Virus record (IMG/VR): IMGVR_UViG_3300048927_000531
Length of the DNA: 20,000 nt
DNA from: an uncultured virus (IMG/VR IMGVR_UViG_3300048927_000531)
Lineage: Duplodnaviria; Heunggongvirae; Uroviricota; Caudoviricetes
Reading direction: 5' to 3' (one strand)
Shown: positions 7,471 through 15,807 of the stretch, one piece after another
Layout: every line of letters starts with the position of its first letter
Position numbering within the stretch: the stretch's first letter is position 1
The notes under the pieces: generated by a model
What the model saw: only the letters and a program-made list of their open reading frames with translations
What the model was told of the DNA's origin: nothing
Databases searched by the model: none
Position numbers and translations under genes: made by a program

Positions 7471-8880
7471 GTGGAAAATGCAAAGACCACACCAAGCCCA
7501 TCTCAGCCCGATGCTGGCGACAGCACCGTTAAGATTGACTTTGTAAAAGTCGGAAGGGTTAAGTTCTGCGGCGTAGAAATCAGCAACGCAAAGTCCAGAA
7601 CAAATTTTGAAGAACTTCTTCGCTTCGCCCTAGAGAAGACCGCGCGCCCTAGAGTCCGCAAGAACGGCACAATCCACCCACCCTCACTGCCTCTAGCCAC
7701 ACCGGCGGGCTTGTTGTCAGAAGAGATAGCGGACTACCTCCTGCACATGAAACGGAGGAACATCCGACCCTCCTCTATCGAAGCATCGGCTCGATCCCTC
7801 TCAAATCTTCAAAAGGTTTGTGGAGATATTCGCGTCGCACACATCGAAAGGCGTCATATCTACATGCTCTGCGACCTATTGAGGTGGCAGCCACGTTCGC
7901 GCACCCATGCGGATAGGGGGCTGAAGATTCTATCCGCCGAAGAGCTGATAGAACTAGGCAAGAGCATGGATGTTCCTTCCCCTGCCACTTCTAGTTTTGC
8001 GCTTCAGCGAGCACTTCTAAGCGCTTTCTTCAACGCACTGCTCAATGCAAAGGCCATCGCTGCCTCGCCGATGGATGCATTCGGCAAGGTCCGCAAAGAT
8101 CTTATCGGCGTGCAGCCGAAGCGCAATCGATCGCTTGGTGACGTAGAGCTTCAACGCATCTTCGAACCAACCAGCTTTGCACCTTGGGCGAAGAAATGGC
8201 CACACCGGTGGTGGGGGCCGATCCTCGGTCTCTACACTGGAGCCCGGATAGGCGAGATTGCTCAGCTCAAGGTCGCGGATATTGCCTTAGAGGAAGGCAC
8301 GTGGTTTATCTACCTCCGCGTTACCGCCGACGATGACCTTGCGGGGGCGAAAGGCACTAAGAGCAGACAGAGCCTGAAGGGCCCCTCGGCTGTACGAAAA
8401 ATTCCAATTGCACAGCCCCTGCTGGATGCTGGCTTCCTAGAATTCCTGGAGGACATCAAGGAGTGTAAACATCCGCGCCTCTTCCCGCATCTTTCTGCGG
8501 GTATCAACCAAAAGACCGGTGAAACTAACGCGCGCTACAGCCAGGCATTGGTGCACCAGTTCGGCGCTTACATGAAAACTCTTGGCTTCTCTAAGGGCAC
8601 CAGCTTTCACTCATTTCGCCACACGCTGATCAACAGCCTGATCAGCAAGGGATACACAACGTCGCAGATTGCGTTGATCACCGGCCACTCAACGATAGGG
8701 CAAGTGAGGGAGAGTGAAGCACCTGTTATCAAAGGAGCCTATGAGGGCATGCTGCCGGAACAAGCTCGCCCGCTATCCATGAGGATGCTCAAGGACTTTA
8801 CGCCTCCAGTCGTTCTGCCAAAGTATGTACGAGGACAGTTCAAGGAGCGACTACGGGACAAGAAGAGCTTCTATCCGTAG
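7471..8880 (+). CDS. Tyrosine recombinase/site-specific integrase
   Basis: LYTGARIGEIAQL (R), SLKG (K), FHSFRHT (HxxR), ITGH (H) and GAY (candidate catalytic Y), plus an N-terminal core-binding region. Confidence 0.92.
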   Translation: MENAKTTPSPSQPDAGDSTVKIDFVKVGRVKFCGVEISNAKSRTNFEELLRFALEKTARPRVRKNGTIHPPSLPLATPAGLLSEEIADYLLHMKRRNIRPSSIEASARSLSNLQKVCGDIRVAHIERRHIYMLCDLLRWQPRSRTHADRGLKILSAEELIELGKSMDVPSPATSSFALQRALLSAFFNALLNAKAIAASPMDAFGKVRKDLIGVQPKRNRSLGDVELQRIFEPTSFAPWAKKWPHRWWGPILGLYTGARIGEIAQLKVADIALEEGTWFIYLRVTADDDLAGAKGTKSRQSLKGPSAVRKIPIAQPLLDAGFLEFLEDIKECKHPRLFPHLSAGINQKTGETNARYSQALVHQFGAYMKTLGFSKGTSFHSFRHTLINSLISKGYTTSQIALITGHSTIGQVRESEAPVIKGAYEGMLPEQARPLSMRMLKDFTPPVVLPKYVRGQFKERLRDKKSFYP

Positions 8881-8945
8881 GTGAGTCGGGAAGATCCGAT
8901 CAGAGGCCCCTTTCTGCCCTAGGCTGCACCTGCAACTCGGTCTTG

Positions 8946-8974
8946 TTGACACCGATTTTCGCTCAGTCCACTAT
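8946..8974 (+). promoter_or_regulatory. Putative sigma70 promoter of the HTH gene
   Basis: TTGACA (8946-8951), 17 bp, then CACTAT (8969-8974). A short TCGGT/ACCGA inverted repeat flanks the -35. Confidence 0.45.
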
Positions 8975-9005
8975 TGGTCCTAACAACACCACTTTTGGAG
9001 TCGAG

Positions 9006-9494
9006 ATGGAGACGACCGTCACCACTGCCCGCGCCGCGGAGATAGTAGGCATCGGATACGAGGGCCTGCGTAGCTACCTCAAGCGCGGGCTCTTGGGCCG
9101 CAGCGGGGTTCTCATCCCTATGGTGGGCAAAGACGCTGCCGCCCCGGATCTGAGCGCCGTCCGCGCATCTTGGAAGCGATTTGGCTTCACTGATCTCTGC
9201 CTGATGCGGCTGGCGAAGCAACTGATAGCAATGGGGCTGACCTACGACCAGGCCAACTCGGTAGTGTCCCAAGAGGGTCTGAGGCGGTTGTTCCGGACGG
9301 GGGCACCTTCCACCGATGCGGCTTTGGTCTGTTCCCCTCCCTACCACCACTACTGGGTGTTCAAGGGGGACGAGCGAAGGCACCTCCTTGATAGGCTTTC
9401 CGAGATTGGAGACGCTGCGATTCTCATCAATCTTGGTGCCACAGCCACCCATGTTTGGCGGCAGCTCTCCGAAGATTTAGACCCCGCCCAATGA
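9006..9494 (+). CDS. MerR/excisionase-like HTH DNA-binding protein
   Basis: ATG 9006 after GGAG. VTTARAAEIVGIGYEGLRSYLKRGLL...WKRFGFTDLCLMRLAKQLIAMGL is a MerR-type winged HTH. It lies directly downstream of the integrase. Confidence 0.7.
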   Translation: METTVTTARAAEIVGIGYEGLRSYLKRGLLGRSGVLIPMVGKDAAAPDLSAVRASWKRFGFTDLCLMRLAKQLIAMGLTYDQANSVVSQEGLRRLFRTGAPSTDAALVCSPPYHHYWVFKGDERRHLLDRLSEIGDAAILINLGATATHVWRQLSEDLDPAQ

Positions 9495-9659
9495 GGGGAT
9501 GCGCGCCGCTAGCTCACCCGGCGAGTCGCCCCCCGCTCGGCTCTGCGGCCCGCTCAATACCGCACCCGTTTTGATCGAGCAGGCAGGGCCACTCGCCACA
9601 GAACCTCAGTGCGGGCTGCAGGTTGGAGATCAGGCCCACAACGCCTCTTTGATTAGGGC

Positions 9660-9688
9660 TTGCCGCGACCCTAGTTACACCGTATAAC
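9660..9688 (+). promoter_or_regulatory. Putative sigma70 promoter of the HNH operon
   Basis: TTGCCG (9660-9665), 17 bp, then TATAAC (9683-9688). Confidence 0.55.
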
Positions 9689-9799
9689 CCGATTGCCAGT
9701 CGCAGAAGCGCGGGCGTTGTGCTCGGCCACCTTAGGGGCCGAGTGCCCGAGGTCCACCCAATGGGGGCGCGGGAATCCTTATCGATTCCGGAGTCCACC

Positions 9800-10147
9800 A
9801 TGACCAGCAAGACACTTAGAACTCTCCGCACCCTTGCCTTCCAGGCACAGTCTGGTCGTTGCTACTACTGCGGCTTTGAAATGTGGGAGGCCTCCCCGGA
9901 TGAACTAGGCCTTCGCCGACGTTCGGCTGCTCCGTTCAGATGTACCGCTGAACACCTAGTTGCCAAACAGGACGGGGGCAAAGACTCCAGGCACAACGTG
10001 GTAGCTGCTCACGCTACCTGCAATCACCGCAGGCACAAACGGGCGGCGCCCGCCCCATCTGCAGATGAGTTCAAAGTACTGGTGCTCCGTAGGGTCGCGC
10101 AGGGAAAATGGTGGCCTTCTGCAAGGATGCCTTGGCATGACATTTGA
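9800..10147 (+). CDS. HNH endonuclease (McrA-like, Zn-binding)
   Basis: ATG 9800 after GGAG. RCYYCG...TAEHLVAKQDGG.D...NVVAAHATCN. Confidence 0.88.
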   Translation: MTSKTLRTLRTLAFQAQSGRCYYCGFEMWEASPDELGLRRRSAAPFRCTAEHLVAKQDGGKDSRHNVVAAHATCNHRRHKRAAPAPSADEFKVLVLRRVAQGKWWPSARMPWHDI

Positions 10148-10934
10148 ACCCTCCACCCTGGATCAGATCCGATGGTCTGACCACAACGTCGTTGCCTTCG
10201 CTGGCTTAGACATGCATGCACTCACCATGTTCCGCGACGAAGTGGTGGCTCCTTCGCTGGACGCTTTAGAGCACAAGATTTCCGCAATGGAGCAAAGCGA
10301 GAACTCGGCCGAAAGAATCTTTGGAGCAGACTCATATGCAGCACTTCATCACCGGACAGTTGAAGGCTTTCTGTTGACCACTCAATCCATGCATGAGAGA
10401 GGGATTCGTAGCCTTCTCCTTGCGATCGCCAAGCACAGGGCCTGGGACGCCCCCGCTCAACGAGGCATTCAACGCAGCGACTGGTCTGAAGATAAGGCGG
10501 CCAGCGTTCCGGGACACTTCAAGAAGCTGCTCGACGCTCCGATTCAGCTCTTCGGAGACTATCAAGACCTCAAGGTGCTCAGAGTATTGGCTAACGCTCT
10601 ACGCCATGGGGATGGATCTTCCGCCGAAGAACTCCATACGTTGTGCCCATCGCTCTGGTCCCATTGGCTGGCACCCGGCACCGTGTTGAGCATCGCCGGC
10701 ATCGAGATCAGCGTCCCGGCTGGTGCGCCATCCCACCCCCTCTTCGCCGCTATTACGCTCCCTCGCAGTTTGTTGGAGCAGATGCTTTTCTCTGTTGTCG
10801 CCTTCTGGGAGGACATAGAATTTGTTAGGTGCAACTCTTTCTCCCAGAGGGATGCATCGACCGAGAGCCACATTGCGGCACTCCGAAATAAGCGTACTCA
10901 CCGGCACTCGGCTCGTGTGTGGAGTCCGGGATGA
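10137..10934 (+). CDS. Hypothetical helical protein, possibly HEPN-like
   Basis: ATG 10137 overlaps the end of the HNH gene. LKVLRVLANALRHGDG resembles a divergent HEPN RxxxxH region. Confidence 0.7.
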   Translation: MTFEPSTLDQIRWSDHNVVAFAGLDMHALTMFRDEVVAPSLDALEHKISAMEQSENSAERIFGADSYAALHHRTVEGFLLTTQSMHERGIRSLLLAIAKHRAWDAPAQRGIQRSDWSEDKAASVPGHFKKLLDAPIQLFGDYQDLKVLRVLANALRHGDGSSAEELHTLCPSLWSHWLAPGTVLSIAGIEISVPAGAPSHPLFAAITLPRSLLEQMLFSVVAFWEDIEFVRCNSFSQRDASTESHIAALRNKRTHRHSARVWSPG

Positions 10935-11861
10935 TGTCTGGGCGACCAGATCCATGCCGCCCTGTTCCAAAGGTTAGAAATTCTGGATGAACTGACGGCC
11001 CGGGGCGCAAGGACCGACGTCCAGGATGCGCGTGGGAATTCAGTTGATACGCTGCTGCAAGGCGATTTCCGGAACGTCCCGAGTCGGTGAGATGGCGCCA
11101 GTGTTGGCCTGAAAACAGACGGATCCGTTGTCCTACATGGAACGGTTCATATGCGAGCGCCACGCCCCGAGGTTACCCCTGTGCTGTGACTGGTACGCCA
11201 CCCCGTGCTTCTCGCGAACTGCAGAACGCGCCCGACCACTGGCCGGGCGCGCGTAAGCGAAACGAACGCACACTCACTGGTTGAGCGGCAGGCTCAACTA
11301 CCCTTCTTATGCTTGTGAGGCTTAAGGGCGTCTGTGTTTCCCGGCGTAGCTTTGTTGTCCCTTCTACGCTGATCGGGCTTGCCAGTTGACTTGGCGATAG
11401 GCTTCGGGCCAGGCTTAATTGCCATCACTTGCGCTCCTCAGATTGTTGGTTGTTAAACACGAATTGAGTGCTGCAGAGTCGATTGCTGAGCGTTTGGGGT
11501 TAACCCATCTGGCCGGATTCATCCAAACGCACCGGGAAGCATACAACGTCCTAGGAAAGGGACATCCAACCAACTACGCCCTCACCGCGATACTAACGCC
11601 GTTCACGGCCAACGGAATTGTTAATTTCCGCCAACACTAGCTCAAGCACCTACCTCACCAGGCTGCCAGCTTCTTGTTTATCCCTTGCCGAGCAACGATT
11701 CAGCCGTCCTTGAATCTGTAGCAGGACGCCTAAGAGATGGGCATCTATGCCCGCAGCGCCACCTAGTAGCATTCGCGCAATAAAGAAAGCGGCGAGCTGG
11801 CCAATCCACCAATGCGAAAGCGCGAATATACCGCCCTGAACCAACTGACTGTCGGGCCCTG

Positions 11862-12104
11862 CTACCCGGCTGTATTCGCGCGAACATTGAGCTTCCAGCG
11901 GATATCCCCTTCATTGAGCTCATGCTGATGATGATTCTGCGGAGGGAACGGATCGCTCTTGTTCGCGGCAATCTCGCGCTTACAACCGAGACAACGATAG
12001 ATACCGGACACAGGAAACTTCTTCCCGGGACCGTAAACCGTCTTCCAGTGCTCTTGCGTTGCATCCCCATTTCCAACTACTGACGTATCGGTAGTCCAAG
12101 ACAT
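11862..12104 (-). CDS. Small YjzC-like/'protein L' Zn-ribbon protein (80 aa)
   Basis: ATG 12104 after AAGGAG. PGKKFPVSGIYRCLGC...FPPQNHHQH....IRWKL. Confidence 0.75.
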   Translation of the reverse strand: MSWTTDTSVVGNGDATQEHWKTVYGPGKKFPVSGIYRCLGCKREIAANKSDPFPPQNHHQHELNEGDIRWKLNVRANTAG

Positions 12105-12167
12105 CCTGTTCTCCTTCCAGTTCATCCCAAGGCAACAATGCACTTCAAACAACGGCCCGAGCCCGGG

Positions 12168-12620
12168 CTAGTCCTGTTCAACAGCACCACGTCTGATCAG
12201 GAACGCTGAAAATTCCTCGTCAGCCGACTCCCTTGCATGCTCTAGTGCTCCACCCTCGTCAATGCTAGCTCCGCGCTCAAGTAGCAGCGTAGCGAGTTGG
12301 ACCTTTTGCTCAATGCTTAGAGCTTCATCCCGGGCAACCCATACCAAAGGTGGCTCATCATCCTCGTCCTCGGTGCAAGGATAAGTATCCGGCGCGATCC
12401 CTGCATCCAGCAGTGCTCCGACCACCTCCAGGTCAGCCTCCAAGCAGGCATGATGCAACTGAGGAAACGCGAGTTCCCTGGCCCGCGCCTCCAGGTCAGG
12501 TGACAGGCTCTGAACGGCGTTGAACATGTCATCAAACACCGTCTCGAAGTCGGCGTTCGATGCATAGGCCTCTGCCCAGCCCAAATCGCGGGCTACCCTA
12601 ATCAGGTCTTTCTTGCGCAT
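12168..12620 (-). CDS. Acidic ankyrin-repeat protein
   Basis: PQLHHACLEADLEVVGALLDAG, PPLVWVA...LLLERGASID and ALEHA...FLIRRGA. Start is ATG 12620 or 12635. Confidence 0.8.
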   Translation of the reverse strand: MRKKDLIRVARDLGWAEAYASNADFETVFDDMFNAVQSLSPDLEARARELAFPQLHHACLEADLEVVGALLDAGIAPDTYPCTEDEDDEPPLVWVARDEALSIEQKVQLATLLLERGASIDEGGALEHARESADEEFSAFLIRRGAVEQD

Positions 12621-12660
12621 GCACTTGCTCCCCATCTAGCCACTAGGAGTTCTCTCGCCT

Positions 12661-15096
12661 TCATTTTGCTTCAGCGGCGTAAACCACGGCCGTCCCCCCT
12701 GGGGTAGCCTTCCTCACTTGCCAGACCACTCGACGACGCGCTCGGGTCACGCCCACATAGGCAAGCCGCAACGCCTCATCCGCACTCGCGTCATCGTACG
12801 AGTAGCCCACGTACATGCCGCTTGCCGCGTAGAACATGTTGCGCAGCGGATGGGATTCACCGGGTGCGCAGTCGCCCACCATGACGGCGACGTCGGCCTC
12901 CAAGCCCTTGGCCTGGTGATAAGTACAGATCCTCATCCCAGGGAATCGAGAAGCCGGCATTGCCTTGACGAGACGCTGAGACAAGGCTCTGCTCCGGGTC
13001 ATCACAATCACCTTTTCAGCCGACTTCGACTTCATTGCGACTGCTGATCTGTAGTGCAATGAAATCTCACTCTGCAGGTGCGCAACTTCAGCATCATTGG
13101 ACAGGTATCCGTCCTTTGGCGCGTACTGCTGCAGCGATACACCATGGTCACCCGGCAGCTGTTCGACTTGTGGGAAGCACGTTTTCTCCACTTTTGCCCG
13201 GACCTTGGCGATCAGCCGCTCGGCGTCCCTGACTACTGGTGGCACGGATCGGAAGTTGGCGGTAAGAACAAGCTCTCGCGCTGGACCGAGAGCGCGGTGT
13301 GCCGGGAAATACTCAGCGAACTTGATAAAGAGCTGCGGCGCGCTCCCCCTCCAACCGTAGATGGATTGCCAGTCGTCGCCGATCGCCATGATGCTCACTG
13401 GCTTGCTTGGGTTTTCCACGAGGATACGGCGCTGCATCGCCTTCAGCCACGATGCAATCTGAGGCGAGATGTCTTGGAACTCATCAACCAGTAGATGACG
13501 CAGCCTCCCAAGCCTTGCCAGATCAAAGCGCGCCGTTTCAGCCATGGATGTCAGTGTAAGGAATGCCTGATTGAAGGTATGCAGCCTCTGAGACTCCATC
13601 TCCGAGCGCAAGTGTGGCCAAAAACGCGATAGAGCACGCAAAAAATGGGCATTCACGTCCATTACTTGCGGCGCGGGCATTGCACCTATCAGCTGGTTCA
13701 CCTCTGTACCGAGGGTTTCAATGAACGAGCCTTGGGTAAACAGGGCCTCATAGATCAAGACCTCCTTCATCTCCCCTTGTAGCCTCAAGGGAAACACGGG
13801 AGCATCAAAATCGCCGTCCAGGCTCGCGGCCGGCCGCAGGTGTTTCTGCCTAAGCAGGAAATTCTTTAGATCGGATTCTGACTGGATGAGGATGTAAGGC
13901 TTTTCGGCATACCTTGAGATGATCTTGTACTTCTCAGCAACGGCCTGAGCCAATGGGACATCGTCGACGCCCTCGGCCGACACCAATGCCACCCGCTGCT
14001 GCTCCTCGGCCGAAGGCGGCAATCCCAACAAGATAGGAATGCCTGTCCCCTCCTCCACGCCATTGGCAAACAACACCCTTCCGCAAAGTGAGGCTGGGAT
14101 TGGAGTCAGCTCAGCCCTGACGCCACTGAATGGCCACCCGTCCGCCTGCCAGAGACTCTGAACCATCCGGATAACCGCGCTGTCCCGCTTCTCCGCATAG
14201 AAGAAGCGACCCGGCTTCAGTTCCTTACCGGAAACTTGCGGTCTCACCACAGAAAGCTCAGCTCGCAGGATCGAGATGATGTCCGCACGAAAGTCTGGGT
14301 CTCGTCTGAACAGAGATCCATAGGCACTAACCAACAGCTCCGCCTGCTTGTCATTTAGGCGTGAGGACGTCATCGGGTTATCAACATCCTCCTCTCCCGA
14401 CTGCAAATCCGCTTCGGATTGACCACCAATGAAGTCGAAGAATTTTCTGCCTGGAAGGGACGTAGCTGCAAGGCCACAAAGGACAGAGTGGAATGTTCGT
14501 ACACGCCGCTCAGCCCATTCCTTCGACACGGGCTTGCCGCGCCAGTGCGAAAGCACCCGCCTTAGTGACACACGCAACTCCTCGCACGAGGCTCGCGTGA
14601 AGGAGATGATTGTTAGATCTTCGTCAGAGATCCCCAAGTACTCAAGCATGAAGACCACGCGCAGCACCAAGGTCGTTGACTTGCCCGAACCAGCACCTGC
14701 TGAGATGCAAGTCGCAGGATGGTCCGCGAGTATCATCTGCCACTGCTCATCCGTCGGAGCACGCACAACGCCCGAGGAAACGGCAACGCTCACTGCTTTG
14801 CGCATCTCCACTTCCACACTCTTGGCGGGAAAGGTAGAAGGTCCGTATAGGCCAGTATCCAACTGCTTGCGCTCCGGCGGCGTAGCATCTGCAACGAGAT
14901 ACACAAGTCGGCCTTCGTCAAAGCCCATCTTGAAGCCTTCTGAGCGCCCGTCTTCTAGACCCTTGTTAAACCCATCCTGGAAGGACTTATCACAAAGTCT
15001 CTCGACTTGATCCCGAGCGAGCGCCAAAAGCACTCTGTCAACGACCCCCTTGACTCGCGCCAATAGAGATCCATCGATTGACGACATCTGATACAC
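12661..15096 (-). CDS. Superfamily 1 (UvrD/helicase IV-like) helicase
   Basis: SAGAGSGKST, ISFTR, RTFHS, LVDEFQD, GDDWQSIYGWRG, NFRS, TYHQAKGLE and YVGVTRAR motifs. The N-terminus carries a GxxxG repeat tract. Confidence 0.93.
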   Translation of the reverse strand: MYQMSSIDGSLLARVKGVVDRVLLALARDQVERLCDKSFQDGFNKGLEDGRSEGFKMGFDEGRLVYLVADATPPERKQLDTGLYGPSTFPAKSVEVEMRKAVSVAVSSGVVRAPTDEQWQMILADHPATCISAGAGSGKSTTLVLRVVFMLEYLGISDEDLTIISFTRASCEELRVSLRRVLSHWRGKPVSKEWAERRVRTFHSVLCGLAATSLPGRKFFDFIGGQSEADLQSGEEDVDNPMTSSRLNDKQAELLVSAYGSLFRRDPDFRADIISILRAELSVVRPQVSGKELKPGRFFYAEKRDSAVIRMVQSLWQADGWPFSGVRAELTPIPASLCGRVLFANGVEEGTGIPILLGLPPSAEEQQRVALVSAEGVDDVPLAQAVAEKYKIISRYAEKPYILIQSESDLKNFLLRQKHLRPAASLDGDFDAPVFPLRLQGEMKEVLIYEALFTQGSFIETLGTEVNQLIGAMPAPQVMDVNAHFLRALSRFWPHLRSEMESQRLHTFNQAFLTLTSMAETARFDLARLGRLRHLLVDEFQDISPQIASWLKAMQRRILVENPSKPVSIMAIGDDWQSIYGWRGSAPQLFIKFAEYFPAHRALGPARELVLTANFRSVPPVVRDAERLIAKVRAKVEKTCFPQVEQLPGDHGVSLQQYAPKDGYLSNDAEVAHLQSEISLHYRSAVAMKSKSAEKVIVMTRSRALSQRLVKAMPASRFPGMRICTYHQAKGLEADVAVMVGDCAPGESHPLRNMFYAASGMYVGYSYDDASADEALRLAYVGVTRARRRVVWQVRKATPGGTAVVYAAEAK

Positions 15097-15236
15097 CCAA
15101 CCTAAGGACGACTGATGGTAAGCCTACCAAAACTATCGACCGATGATTGGCGTCAAAATATCGTCGCACTTCGATTGCTACAAACCAACTTTTTGCATGG
15201 AAAAAGCAGGCCGCTTCCAAAGCCGTAAATTCATTG

Positions 15237-15278
15237 TCAAAGATCCGGCACCTAGCAGGCACCGGACTCAATCTTTGA
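15237..15278 (-). terminator. Hairpin just after the RHH gene stop; possible terminator or attenuator before the helicase
   Basis: Outer stem TCAAAGAT...ATCTTTGA with an inner TCCGG/CCGGA pair. Confidence 0.35.
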
Positions 15279-15761
15279 TCAAGCCGTCTTTCTTGCAGCA
15301 GGACGTCGCGCCGCGACTGCCTTCTTAACCGTTTTCTTAACGGCCTTCTTAGCAGGCAATTTCTTCGCCGCGGCCTTTTTAGCTGCACCAGAACGCGTGC
15401 GCGCCGAAGCCGCTGTCCCTGCGTAACGTGCGGGCTTGTCGCCTGCAGCCTCGGCAACCGACGTGGATTTCTTCGCTTTTGCCCCGGCTGCAGATCCTCC
15501 AATTTTGGCGAGCAGAGTGTTCAGCACTTGCTTGGATACGCTATCTTGGAAGATCGAGAGAACGTCGGCGTACTTCCTAGGGGATTTAGAGTCTTGCTCC
15601 GCCTCCGCCACGATGCCCTTCTCGATGTACTGCCGAAAAAGATCGTTCTTGCTCGTGTTGGAGGAAAAGGCCTGTTGCTTAAGCCAATCATCCAGCATGG
15701 GATCGATATAGATCGTGCGAAGTACAAGATTTCTAGAGTTGGCAGAATTAGAGTCAGCCAT
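15279..15761 (-). CDS. Ribbon-helix-helix-like protein with histone H1-like Lys/Ala-rich tail
   Basis: N-terminal LVLRTIYIDPMLDDWLKQQAF..NTSKNDLFRQYIEKG fits the RHH pattern. The C-terminus is AAKKAAAKKLPAKKAVKKTVKKAVAARRPAARKTA. Start is 15761 or 15776. Confidence 0.75.
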   Translation of the reverse strand: MADSNSANSRNLVLRTIYIDPMLDDWLKQQAFSSNTSKNDLFRQYIEKGIVAEAEQDSKSPRKYADVLSIFQDSVSKQVLNTLLAKIGGSAAGAKAKKSTSVAEAAGDKPARYAGTAASARTRSGAAKKAAAKKLPAKKAVKKTVKKAVAARRPAARKTA

Positions 15762-15807
15762 TGCGGGCACCGTCACGATAGGACCTGTACATATGTATAC
15801 GCCCGGG

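Noticed and set aside
38..11351. CCGGCGTAGCT 11-mer at 38-48 and 11341-11351 as att direct repeats
   Set aside because: It is short, the left copy lies inside a probable CDS, and the flanks diverge. Chance occurrence is plausible.
7471..12200. Integron with attC cassettes
   Set aside because: No repeated attC-like sites were seen between genes, and the recombinase does not resemble IntI in size or motifs.
14429..15010. 193-aa plus-strand ORF and similar ORFs opposite the helicase and monooxygenase
   Set aside because: Antisense shadows of well-supported genes.
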